A stretch of 63,430 nucleotides of DNA, counting the filler, from Sphacelaria rigidula (taxonomy: Eukaryota): the NCBI GenBank assembly GCA_964200075.2. It is 4 parts of 4 records of this genome, joined end to end, with 100 filler letters (N's around TTAATTAATTAA, not from the genome) between each part and the next. Parts side by side here need not be neighbours in the genome. Positions count along the whole stretch, not along the records: positions 47,649 to 63,430 come from CAXNAA020001597.1; 3 more parts are not named here. The stretch is one strand, 5' to 3'. Shown here in pieces: positions 49,086 through 61,924 of the stretch; the first letter of the stretch is position 1; the number at the start of each line of letters is the position of its first letter. The notes below the pieces were generated by a model. The model was not told where the DNA came from and did not search any database. It saw only the letters and a list, made by a program, of their open reading frames with translations. Position numbers and translations under genes: made by a program.

Positions 49086-52000
49086 CTCCGAGAGTTTCAT
49101 GTAAAACACGTGACGGTGATTGTCGCGGTACACGTAGGTGTTGCTCCGTCCATGCACAGCGAACTGGTCCAGGTTGACGTACCTCAGGACCTTAAGCGCG
49201 TCAAGCGGCTGCAGCCGGTGATTCATAGGGAAACGCCGGCGGTACACGCAGTCGCACTGCAACTCCCCCTCTCGAAATCCTTGCCGACCGGCGTAGCGGT
49301 GAATATCGTCCACCCCGGTCACCGTCGCCGTCGACGCTCCCGAGCTAGATCTCACCAGCGAAAGCCTACCACCATCGATGTCCTCGCTTCGGATACTGCT
49401 ACGGCGTCCGTCCATAATCCTCCCTTGGGTGTTCATCTTCGAGCGGTCGACACCCGGGGGACGTTGACCCGCTGCCCCGGCGTTTCCAAACACCGCAACA
49501 ACGGTTGGCCGGCCGGCGGTTGGATCTAGAGTTTCGGAACCTGCTACCGGTGTCGATCTCCCGTCGCCGCCAACCGCTAGCGCTGTTGAAATCGCCTCGC
49601 CCCTGGCAATTCTTGACGCCATCGCCGAGGAAGATGGCGAGCGCGGTGGTTGTTGCTGCTGCTGCGAGTCGGCACCGGTACCCCTGTTTTGTCCCCCCTT
49701 CCCACCGCGCCCGAAAACCATAACTTGGATACTGGGAGGATTTGAAATAGACCTCGACAGCATTTGTCGTCCCGGATGCGCCTCTGCCGCCACCGCCTCT
49801 GCCGCCACCGCCTCTGCCGCCACCGCCTCGGCCGCCGCCGTCGCCGCCGCCGCCATTCCTACCGACCCCGACCCTCCCGACGGACGACGTCTGTGTACAG
49901 GGGCAAAGGCAGACGCTCCTCTGCCGGGGCTCTCACCGGGTCCCATCCGCTGCCCTACCGCTGCAGGCGGCAGCGCCGGCGGCGGTGGCGGCGGCGGCGG
50001 GATGAGCACATCGTACGCGGTCTTCAACTCGTGTAGGTTCTCGAGCAGAAGCAGGCGGTTCACGCGTTTTGCCCTTTCGAGCAAGCCCTGTACATTGTCG
50101 TTGACGGCGGCAGCGTGGTTGTTGTTGGGTTCGTTTCCGTGGGATCCAGGGATTGAGAACACGCAAGCCGAGCGAGCAAAAGCGGTATACTTCATGTACT
50201 CAGCTTGGGCAAAACGAGTGTAATGGCGGTACGGCATGAGGAGACTATGCAAGGAAATAGAGAAGACGAAAACGTCGTAATCGACGTTGATAATTGCAGC
50301 TAGCTCCACGTGAACAAAAAAACAACGCGTCAGCCAGCGTGTGTTTGTCAGCAACGAAGGTTAATTTTCCATGCCCTCTCAAGATCGACACTACGAAAAT
50401 GGGACGTCTGGTGGAGAGGTACGCTGCGAAGTATCGTGCTGTGCCATAACCAGCACAGCGCTAGTCGAGGCATAGCCGCAACAGCAGGTACATCTTCTAG
50501 GTCATCACTCACCAGTCTCAGTTGTTTTACCACGTCCTCCTTCTTCGATGCCAGGGCACTCCCCGCAGGGTGATGCACGCAAATCTTCATGTTGACGGAC
50601 ACCGTCGGGGGGCAAACATCAGCCACGGGCTCGGACGGCCCATGAGGGGACGGTAATACGCCGCCCGTCGGCCCTCGACCACCTCCGAACGACAGTGATG
50701 ACTGAGATGACACCGGAGACACATGATGACTCAACAATGCCGGGGCTGGCGGTGGCGGCGTCGATCTTCTAGCGCTCGTCGATGCTGTGCCCCGTCTCGT
50801 TACGCCCTGCGACATCGGGTGCAAAGCTGCGTTGTCGGCGAATAGCCACCCTTGTTCTCCCTGATCCTTGTCATCTCTCAAGCTCGACGGTTGCTCCTCG
50901 ACGACTCGCAGTACTGCCCAATAGGGGATTGTGTACTTCTCGCTTGCCCCATCCTTCCTCACCTTTCTGCCCCCCTGCCCCCCCGCCAGAGCCGCAGTCG
51001 CGGCCGGAGTCCCCTGGTCCGTCTGTGGCAATTCTTCGACCACAAAGAAAAGCTTGTTTACAGCGTTCGAAGCTTCGACGTCCTCGTCAGTACGCTCCGA
51101 CGGTACCGCCCGGCGTAGGCTAGGGTTTTTACCAGCGAGAAGCTCTCTGTCGAGCATCTCGCGAGCCCGGTGGACGGCGGACCACGCGCTCGAGGAGGAA
51201 TTATCTACCAACACCAGGTCAAGCGGGATCTACAGACGAGGAAGGACGGGGGGGCGGGCGGGGGGCGGGGGGTTCGAGCGACATGATTTATGTTCCGATA
51301 ATTTCTCCGCTAACAGTTGCGTGAGTTTTCCAGTACTCTTCTCTGTATCGGTGAATGAATGTTGCAATAGCATGGGCACTTAGCAGGAGTGTTGCAGAAG
51401 ACCAGTTATCAGTCAACAGTCGTGCAGCGGCCTTTTGCCATGCTTCAGAGAGCATGGCTACACGTTATTTTTGGGTTCCATGTGTCATTCTGCTGTGCGC
51501 ACTCTTCGTACACGCATACCCACATGTACAGCTGGCGCAGTCACCTGTGCTGATTAATTGTTCTGAGACGGCAGTATGTCGCTAGACGCGGCTCATGTAC
51601 GAACAACTAATGATGCGCGGGAGATGCATGACAACGACCATTTTCACGTAGGCGTCATCTCACCGCCGACGGCAACAATCCCGAACCCCCCACCTCGAAA
51701 AAAGTATGTCGGTTGTGAATTCAACCATAGGTCTTGGCATTCAAAGGTTGACACATTTACTTTCTTCGTCAGTCTTGATACACACCAAGCTATATGCTTG
51801 GGATCCTGCACACGCTTCTGTATGCTCACGATACACCCGTGAAGCCTGAATGCTCGGCAAACTACCCCCCGGTCCAGTATCCTGCAATGTTGAAAGCAAA
51901 AATACGTTGGAGTAGAATTACGACCGTTATTTATTGAATCACCGCCCCACCATCCTCCCTCTTAAAAACCCCTCATCGACTACGAACCAAATGCCAAACC

Positions 52001-52612
52001 ACCGTTGAAGACAGTCTTTCCATCGAGTCCCAAACACTTACGATATCTCGAGTGACCTCCTCCTTCAGCATGGGCTTGAGACACGTGAATACTCTATGCA
52101 GATCTGGGACAGTCACAGGCGTTTTGCGCATCAAATAGCGGAGAACCTCAGCGGCGTAGACCCCTCGCATGCCCTCGTCCAATGATTGCGTCAGCTGAAG
52201 GTGCGCAGCAGAAACGAGACCTTCGCCATCTACGGTGGCGGCGCCTCCCGTTCCAGCCCTGGCGGGGTTTTGGCCAACCGATGAAGCCTAGGCAACATCC
52301 GAATCCACCAACATCATACGGAAGGGAACATCGTGAGAAGGAAAAACGCGTATGATCGTTAACAAAAGCCGCACACGGCAAACTCATTTTGGAGTCAACT
52401 TTGTACCCTTTGCTTCCTGAGCAACATGTGTTGAAACTAAAACCGGTACACAACCTCCTCGTCTGCCACGCAAGTCGTCATCGTAGTCCAACCGGTCGCA
52501 ACGGAGGTGCGCGGGACTACCATCAAGAGCGACACTTCCACTTGGATGCAATTAGATCGAATCCTTCTCCGTAGAGTCTCGTAAGCGAGCACGATCCGGA
52601 TAGAGAGTGATC

Positions 52613-52661
<49 letters not shown>

Positions 52662-55600
52662 AAAACAACACTGAAGTCCCGTCGCACAGACGTTCCTCGT
52701 CACATAATACTGTAAGTACATGCCACACCGAAACTCCAGTACAATTAAAAGCGAATAGTGTGAACAGCAACAGCCACCTCGTCTGGTGCCTCCGTTTCGC
52801 GGAAATTCACAGTAGGCACAGTCGTCGCGACAACACGCAGGACCGTAGTACCGGAGACCACCTCATGCCCCCCTCCAGCGTCCACAAACCCTGGCGGAGC
52901 AGCGGCAGGGTACCGTCTCAGCGCGCTCGAGAGTTTGTTGTTCGAGTCCACTGGGCAAGGGTTCAGAGTATGTGGGTGTCCGCCGCGCACAGGGCCGTCA
53001 GCCCCGCGGCCGCCGGACGACGATGTCATGCCGCTAAAAATGTCGACGGTATGGGCACTGTCTACCTCCGTATCTTCATCTGCCGAGAACGACTGCCCGG
53101 GGAAATGCTCACACTCGAAACGTACAAACAGTGGGGGTTGTTCAGAACCCTCCAGGGGGTGGACAGGATCAGCGACCAGTCCGCTCGAACTGACCATCGG
53201 GAAAGTCGCAGAATCAGCAACACCCGATCGAGGAGCAGCAGCCCGGAAAGACATGCCAGTTCGGCTCCCGGTTGGGTCGGCTACGGTGGCAGCTGCCGGC
53301 CTGCCAGGGATCGGTGCCGTCAATGATGTTTTCGCTTCTTGCAAATCCTGTCCATTCGCATGGCGAGAAGCAGGGAAGAGCTGGTGGGCTCGCGGAGGTG
53401 GGAAGTTGAACGTGGAGTATAGGAACTCGATCGGGAAGATCCACACGAAATGGGGGCTTTCGGTACGATCATCGAGACGGGGTGCCTTCACTCCGATAAC
53501 CTTGAAAACCACACTGTATGATTCAACGATCCGCACAGCGGATCAGATGAAGGGAGCAACCGTCAACCGCGCGAAACGATATTTTACACGTGACCACGTT
53601 ACCATCCTACCGCGCATTGATGCTATGGTTTTTACCGTCTCCTACCGACCAGTGTCTTACCTCGTCAGCCGTGCTATCGTCCCGGTTCCAGTACATGTAG
53701 TACCGCGAAAAAGGCAACGGCTGGAGATACCTACCAACGACAAGATAAAAGGTTCGGGTAGGGCGGAAAAAGAAAAGAAAAGAAAAACGAGTAGTCATAT
53801 CCACCAGCATCCGGGTGAGTGACGGAGATGAGTGAAACGATATGGTGCACATCTACATTCCACATTTCCAAACAAACATCACGCAAAGGTGTGTATATCA
53901 TGAAGTGGCCATGTTTCAGCCGATCCGAGCCCCGCAGATGGCCGCACCTGGAGACGATACGTGTGAATTCGGTGTCGCACGCCGCTGCTGCCTTTTCTAA
54001 TTCCTCATTCTTTTCGTTGTCGTCTGTGGGGAGCTTGTTGGCGTCCATGTCAAGGCTCAGCGTGATTTTCCGCAGCTCCGTGATGTCCACCTTAGTGCGT
54101 GGACGGGGGACAGACGACAGTAGCATCACAAAGCTGAGTGTTTGGCAGCAGAGACCGGTGGCACTTCGGTTACTTTCACAATCATGCACTACGTGAAAAT
54201 CCCTATGAACGGGCGTATACACTGGACACGGCTCAAGGTGAACAGTGTTCACCCGATGCCACAGTGCTCCGTGAAAAGCGCGCAAGAAGTATCTGCGCTT
54301 CCGGCAGCCGTACGGCAGACAGCCAACTTCTTGACGGACAAGCATTCCGTGATAACCTAATCTACACCATGTTCCATCATGTCAGCGTAGTGCTCGGGCA
54401 GACTACCGGCCACGCCCTCCATGTACCGTTTCAGTTTTCGGATGTGTTGGTGTCCTTCTCGAGGCCACGTGGTTGAACCAGCCATCAACTGAAAGATCAA
54501 AGTCGAGAGGCACATTAGCAGGAATCCCGTGGACCCTGCCGGCTCCCCTCCCCCACCCCCGCGTGCACCTCTCTAACTCCTGGCTTCAAAACTTCGTTCA
54601 AGGAAAACTTGAGATCAAAACGTGCAGTTGCGTAAGTAGCTTGAAGAGCACAACGGAACATCTCAGAAGCAACTATGCCGATCGACTCTACGTTCACCTC
54701 CAATCTTCGTACTTCGAGATATTGTTTGCTGAGAGAGCGCGCTCAGCAACTCTCCGGCAGGTTGTGCAGTTACATATGACCGACCTGACGAGAGCTCTCT
54801 CCACATCCCGACAAGGCGAATGACAGGTCATCGCCGCAGAGCGCGGTTCCGTTCCGCAACGCTATGAAGACGAGGCGAAACATTGTTTGTCGGTGCACCA
54901 GGTTCACAGCAACTTGGTATCTGCGGGCCTCGAGACCAACGCGACCCCCTCGTGGATCATCCCCCCATCCGACCCTGTGGCATGGGATGACGAGGCAGTA
55001 GTAAAACGGTGGCGGAGGGGAGGAGGGAGGTGGGTGTGGTCATTTGTTGCTTGCCGGAGTCATTTGACCACTGACCTCGCATCTGTTTCGAGATGGAGCA
55101 CCGTCCCTACTCTTTATAGAGATAGCTCCAACATTTGGACGCTCGTTACGGTTCTTCCATACGTTACACAAAACCTTTTATATATCTAGTGCTATTTCTG
55201 CTTCGCCGTCTGTGGTCACCATCTATCTCCCAGCATACCGATGGTTTTCTCGGTACTGTCCAATGTATCAAACGTTTTCATGTCATCTTCGTTTCCTTCC
55301 CATATTCCGCCCTCCAACATGTCCCGTTCCTCCTTGTATGGTCCACATTCTGCCACTATATGGGCTCCACTCTCTATTGCTTTGCCACAGTGGCAATTCT
55401 GAGCATCTACTTCCTCCTTTACTCGACCACTGGCATACCTCTTCCTTCTTTCTTGAGGTTCAGATCTCCCACCCGAAATCGCAGTTTCAATTTCTTCGCC
55501 GAGTCCATTGTGCCATGCAAATATGGTTTCATCCCTACCCCCTGTCTAAATCCCCCGTACATTTTCAGGTATTCTTCCTTGTCTGCTTTCCCTCTCGGCG

Positions 55601-58600
55601 CTTCTTACCCCCCTTATTTTCATCATGTCTTTTTGCTTGTACCAGTCACAATCACCAATGGACATTATCTTGTCTTGCTCTTCTCCCATATCCTTCCATA
55701 CTTTCTCGACCATGTTATCCTACCTTTTTGCAGCCTGCCCTTCCGTCACTTTCTTTCACACGGTCCCATCAACTACGGCTGGCAATCTCTTTCTCGGCAT
55801 GTTCCTTGCGCCTTTTTGCAGCCTGCCCTTCCGTCACTTTCTTTCACACGGTCCCATCAACTACGGCTGGCAATCTCTTTCTCGGCATGTTCCTTGCGCT
55901 ACATTGCCGTTTCAGTTTTCTCATGTCTCTACTTGTTTCGAGTGGGTACAATCCCAACTCTGGTCTCAATTTTGTATTACTCGTCGTTTTTGAGTAGCCT
56001 ACTACCACGTGGTATATTTTTAGCTGCTGTCATCTGTATACTGTTCAAGCTTCTTAATCAACTTTGCATTCCGTGGGGAGGGGAGGTGGGGGGGGGGGAG
56101 GGATCTCACGGAAAGCTTTTGAATCCCAATAAAGGCGCGATCCGGAGTACTGAGGAAGTCCTCGCAGTCTGTGGTCTGAGAAAGCCGTACGGTACCCGAA
56201 GTTACCGAGAACAGACCACAGTTTGGCGCCGATACATTTCATGAGAGTTCATCTCCAGTGTGTCAAAACATCACCTTCAGAAACTCACCGTTGGCGCGGC
56301 TTCGCGGAAAGCGCCCCAAGAGGCTTCCGCGGAATATGTGCCAAAAGAACTCTTCTAATGTCACGCAAGATCTCGTTCGGCAGCTCAATAGGCAGCCCAA
56401 AGTCCCCAGATCTCACAAGGAACATGAACAAACCCAGTGAGTGCTCCTCGGCCACCACCTCCTCTGGCGTCGCCCGCCGCCGCGAGAAGGATTCTGAGGT
56501 ATTTCTCAAATCTGCCTCAGTTTTCTGTCTAGGCGGTGGCACGCGCCTAGAACCTTTTCCTTCGAGAATCCCGCTAGAGTCACTCATGGTCCCCTGCCGA
56601 GGAGCAGCAGCCGGCGCGACTGCGGCCAGCGTTTCTCTCTCGACCGGTTCTGACACTGGAACTCTCTCTCCCGTCATGCGAACATACCCGCGATCGACGC
56701 CAGGGTTTGCCGCGTTGGCCTCATCTGTACCTTTCTCACGCCCATCGCCGGCAGCACGGTCTGGTGGTACACCGGCCGCGCCGGCTGCGCCTGTCATCTT
56801 TCCGTCCGCCGCGAACACCTCGTTTCCGCTCTCGGGCGCCCCCTCTCCTCCCTCCGCCCGCCGCTTCCGCTCTTTGAGGCGTTCGGCCGCCAAATCTCGC
56901 CATACGTCGATCGACGGTAAAAACGTCAATAGCAACGCGTGGTCGCCGACGCACCTAGCGAACCACCGGCCTCCGCTCGAGGTAAGCTCAGACGGGAGGT
57001 CACCCGAGGCCCCCGGGAGAGGCGGAAGCGCCGCGACTGGGGTCACGGTCCTAATGGCGTCCGGCGGCGTGATTTGTGAGAACGAAGTATGTTTATTCTG
57101 GGTCGGGCGGGTCCGGTTCGGAGAGGGTCGGCTCTGAAATATAACATCTCGGGTCGACGCTGTAGGAGAGAAATCGGCTCTTGAGACCGCCCAGGGTATG
57201 CAAGTGTCGTTTAATGTCTCGAGCTCAGCCGCCAAAATGTTGTATAGCTGTTTGGGGACGGGGGTAGGGAACGGGGTCGCACGGCAGCACATTCAATTCG
57301 TGCATTTGTGAGCCGTGTGTTGACAGTTGCATAGCCATCAAGTGCCCGACATGGATTGTAGATCGTGGATTGTAAATCGTGGGCAAAAGTCAAGCGCATG
57401 ACGTGGTTGAACCCGCAATGTTCCACATTCTCTTCTTCAGGAATAGACGGTTCTTGAAGTCAATCGTTCAAATATCCGCTCGCGAGTCATACAATGCACC
57501 GAATATTCCAAATCTCTTGAAAACTCGGCAGCGGCAGCGACCAACCCACCACCAGACGCCAATTCGACTGGTCCAAAACGGACATGGATATCCCACCCGA
57601 CCCGCCCGAACACCTACCTTGACATTCGGCTGTTTCAAATCTTCTTCCGTCGTTGCGCTCGTCTTCTCCCCCTGATGGGGAATTGCCGTCCTCGAGATGT
57701 CACCGCTGCTCCGACGGTCGCCCACGCCGCCACAATTTACACGCTTCCCCCTGTCATCACCATCATCACACCCGCCGCCGCCTTTCCCTCCCGCTTGCAT
57801 CTCCCGAGGGGAGCCAAGACGCACAACCGGAGATACTCCACATGTGATGCAGTTTGCCGGGGCAGACGGCACCGATAATCCTGAAGCCACTGCTGCCTGT
57901 TCCGCTCCCTCTCCGTGACTGCTAAGTTCGTCTGCTTTGGTGGCCCGCCCTTCTCTTTCTCGTCCTCCTATCACGTTTGCCTCGATTCCAACGATACCGC
58001 TTTTGCTCCTCGAAAGTCCTCGGACAGTGGGCGGCGGAGACGACCCACGCACCAAACTCCCCGATCCTCCTGACCGTCGTGCGGCATTATTACCTCTCGA
58101 CATTATAGGCGAAGGCGTTTGGTAATGGACGGGCGTGGGAGGGGGCGGCGGCGACGGAATCGCCTCGGCGAAGTGAATCATACGCAGAGGGTTTCTGTGC
58201 TGATCGGCGTGAACCAGCAGGCTTACTAGGCTGTTTTTCGGGACTACCACGCGCGAAGTTTTCCCGTCCTCGTTCTCGTCGACGCCGATCGACCCCCCGA
58301 AACCACCGGACCCGCCGCCGCCGTGTCTTGTGTACCCGCTCATGCCAGCTCCCGCTTTCCCCCGGCGATGCATCCCCGGGGGTGAGCCTCGGCTCGCTTT
58401 GGATATTAAGCCGCTGCCGCCGCCAGTCCGGCGTGCCGACGAGGATTTTTCTATGGCACACGCGTTGTGCCGCGCTCTTTCGGCGGGCGACATGCGGACC
58501 GCGGTTCGACACATGTCGCGTAGGCTGAAGAAACTGTTGAACGCCGAAAGTACCCGCTGGTCTGACGCGTGAAGGTACTGAATAAGCTGCCGGAAAAGTT

Positions 58601-60991
58601 CCTGAGGGATTATTTTAATAGCAACAACGTTTTGAGGAAGTCGTATGTGTTAGTTTGGCGTTCATCTTGCCCGGGTGGTCGAGTTGGGGTACGACAAACC
58701 AGGCTATGGAGCCAGAGAGGCGCCTCCTTATCATCTCCGGCCCAAACGCAAACAAAAAGACAACTAGCTCGCGATGGGTACAGAGAGGAGTTACGATTGC
58801 AGTCGGGACATTAGGCGTGTGAAGTCGAACAAGTTGTCGTTGTTGTTGTTGTTGTTGTTGACGTTATTTTCACATAAAAATCCGTTCCGATATCTTCGCA
58901 GTACGCCGTACTTGGCATCTGATGCGGACGTCTTCTGTGGTCACAAGTGCTGCTGTGAATTGCCGCCAGCGCGGTACGTGCTGTTTATCCTGAAAACCCC
59001 ATGCGTAATAACGTGAGAAACGAGCGTGAGGAATGTTGTGCTTCTTGTGGTCAACAATGTGTTCCGGACGTACATGGGAGCAGTCGACTTGCTGATTGTC
59101 TTTGGCGAAACGAATCATTGCTCTTCATCATGTTACCGCACCTTGTCGGGCATCCAAGAGGAGCTATTCCCCACTTTTTCACCCCCGCTCTCGCGCTTGC
59201 AGAAAACGTGGCCGTGCTGGGGCTCCATGAGTAGTTCTGTCCCAATTTTTCCAGGCGCCGCCTACGTAATGTGCGCGCGAAAATGAAGACCATGATGGTA
59301 AAATTAGGACTGAAGCGGACAGATCTGGCGCTTGCGCAAACAATCTTACTTACTGGCAGGGCCAAACGCACGAGAGGTTTCGAGGAAGTCGTTCAGAAAC
59401 CTGGGTCCTGCACACCTACCCGCCCCCGCCCATGCCCCCGCCCCCCTCCCCTTCGCCAGTCTGTACACGTACCTCAAACACCCGGTATTGCAAAAGCAAT
59501 CTCCGTGGCCGCGGACGACCGCGTCCTCCCACGAAAGAGCCCTCCACTCTCCCGACACCGTCGCCTTCTGCGGCTGCCGCCGGTTGCCCGGAGGCATCAT
59601 CGGGAATCACCCCGATCATTACCCGTATGCCCTTAACCATCAGCGCCTCGTTTTTACGAAGCTCCACGATCACAAACCCGTCGGCGCGCCGAGAGCGAGC
59701 GAGCGCGTTCACAATTCTTTCAACTGCAGGGTTCCACGTTTCCGGTGCTACGCCGCCGCCGTCCCCCCCGCCGTCGCCGCTCGGAACAACTTCCGCGCGG
59801 TTGCCATACCTGCCGCTGCCACCATTGAAGCTACCTTCGCTGGTGCCACTGTTGTATTTGGAATGGTCGCCACCGCCATCGCCGCCACCACCATCGAACG
59901 ACCAAAGCCAACGCCGACGGCGCAGGTAAGAAGCCACGTGCTTGACGAGAGATGCGTCAGAGAAACGGTCGCCGAGCCCGGCTGGTCGTGCGTCGTGATC
60001 ATCGCCGCTGAACACTGGGTATCGAACCCCTCCCCCACTACCTGGCCGCAACGATTGAACCTTTTGCTGAACCTGGATTTGGTGGTTTTGCGCTTGTTGA
60101 TGGGGCAGTAGAGGAGGTTGCTGCTGCAACTGAACCTGCGGCGGGACACCTCGCAGCATAGCTGGTGCCCCATCAATTGCCCAGGAATGGTTCTGATTGG
60201 TGCCAATAGACGCTGGGAAATACGGATAGCCTCCGAACCCTCCTGTCCTGCCGTCACCAGCGACGAACTGTGTTGCTATCGGCATCCCCGCAGCTCTCAC
60301 GGCGGATGGCCCAAATCCCGACATCGCTGCCTCCCGTCTGACACCCGTAGCAACCTCTCCCGCCGTCCTCACTCTGGCTGCCGCGGCTGCGGCCGCCGTC
60401 GCTGCCGCTGTATTTTCTGCCAGTGGTCTCGAGCGCATCAGCTGGAACGCTATGTTAGTTTCCAGACCCGAAAGGCCTGTATTGATTTTGTGCAAGAGAC
60501 CCTCTCTCACAGTTAGTTTAGAAGATATGCTGCTCCCACGAACGACCCTACTGACCGTTGCTGCACCGTCCGCGGCCGCGTGGGGGGCGCCGGCAGCGAG
60601 CGAGGCAGAGGAAGCAGCTCCTTCGCTCGTGGCTCTCTTCAGCGCTAATGGCACCCCCAAATCTGTGTCGGGGCGAGGGAGATGAGAGGAGGGGGGGGGA
60701 GTGTTGTACGTCAGGCAGCACAGACAGCACAAGATTCATGTGAGACTATTACCTCGCCTCCAGCGGGGTTGCCCTACATAATAATCATTTCGAAATCGTC
60801 CCTTCCTATCCCCGGGATAGACGCCTTATTCTTTACACACACCCCTGATTAGGACGAAAAAAAGCAAAAACAAATGCAACGAACAAGACGAGGGTACTCA
60901 ACATGTACCCCAGTGTGGTTGGGGCAGCTTTGTCACGCCGTATTGCAGCACTCTCCGGGTGAAGTGTGGCCAACTCTGTTGAGTGTACCAG
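49086..60991 (-). CDS. SZT2: SZT2 (KICSTOR subunit) homologue, internal part; exons 60909-60991 (tentative), 59473-60662, 59142-59261, 57618-58601, 56289-57247, 54785-54974, 53948-54090, 53661-53730, 52778-53380, 52042-52287, 50513-51229, 49086-50087
   Basis: GT-AG exons join in phase throughout. SZT2-like motifs occur in the expected order: RSRRADGF, TELLMEPQHG, DQRVLSAFNSF, DDLSFALSGC...VDIT, YLQPLPFSRYYMY, PPLFVRFEC, IPYWAVLRV, KRVNRLLLLENLHE, DQFAVHGRSNTYVYRD..HVFYMKLSE (compared from memory with animal SZT2). Confidence 0.82.
52611..52670. repeat. (CAA)n microsatellite in an SZT2 intron; a shorter (TTG)n at ~58832-58860
   Basis: Direct inspection. Confidence 0.9.
55045..56065 (-). mobile_element. 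5'-truncated LINE (ORF2 C-terminus and 3' end) in an SZT2 intron
   Basis: Minus strand encodes LKLRFRVGDLNL and CHCGKAIESGAHIVAECGPYKEER (LINE C-terminal CCHC motif); contains an ~88-bp tandem duplication at ~55724-55898. Confidence 0.8.
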
Positions 60992-61924
60992 CTGTCGATT
61001 CAGAGGTTGAACCTATCTAGCACGAATGCTGCTATCGTCAATGCCTGTGCTGTGCACGATATATGGGAGCATTGACGACAACAGCAAGATCCCCACTCTC
61101 TGAAATTGCAACGGGCTCCAACCACACTCTGTTAACACACCTCACGGCCTCTTGTCAAACGTATATGGCCCGCAAAAGTCATAACGTTACGCTGTTCTGC
61201 CTATACGTGCACCACCATCAGGGGAGCCAATACGCGGCAGACACCCCAGTTAGATTCGAATTTGACATTTTGCTTCAAACGATGATCACGCTGTGAGCCA
61301 TGTGGCTGTTTCTACACCAACCACCGCGTGCTGAAAGTTACTTCGGATGTTGACGTCCGAGTACTGGGCCACCTGGAAGTCCTGGTGAATACACTCACAA
61401 TGCTTGTGTCATCTAAAGAATTATCCTTGTAGAAATGGAGGAGTCGTTAACGAAACAAGGAAGCGACCGGCGTTAATATGCTCAGGGCGGCTCTGAGAAA
61501 TTCATCTGTCCAAGTCGTTTTGGCTCAGCTCACAGCTGCGGCTCATGAGTAGATAACACGAGGCACCAACGCACCACCACAACCACAACAGAGCGCGAGA
61601 GTGTTGTTTTCATTGCTATTATAACATCATGTGTAATACTGTGGTTGTGTGCTCATGATGTCGGGTGTACTGTATGCTTCAGAAAGTCTGTCGCCTGGGC
61701 CTGTACATGCTCAACTGTTCCGGTGTCCATCCATACTCACGTAGTGGTATGTATACACAAGAACGCACCAAAATCATCAACCACGGCATCTCAGAATGCC
61801 AGTTCCCCCCGCGCGTGCGTGCGCGGGTTTCAAAGAAGCGCATTTCGGCAGGATCATGGTGCGGAAGTCATGGTATTGTCAACCACATCTACATGGAAAA
61901 AGCCACCCACGAGTCGGCACTACG

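Noticed and set aside
55135..56244. 369-aa hydrophobic plus-strand ORF resembling a membrane protein
   Set aside because: Antisense of a purine-rich LINE fragment.
52607..60516. Long plus-strand ORFs (52607-53326, 52935-53822, 56223-57137, 59332-60111)
   Set aside because: Antisense shadows of GC-rich SZT2 exons.
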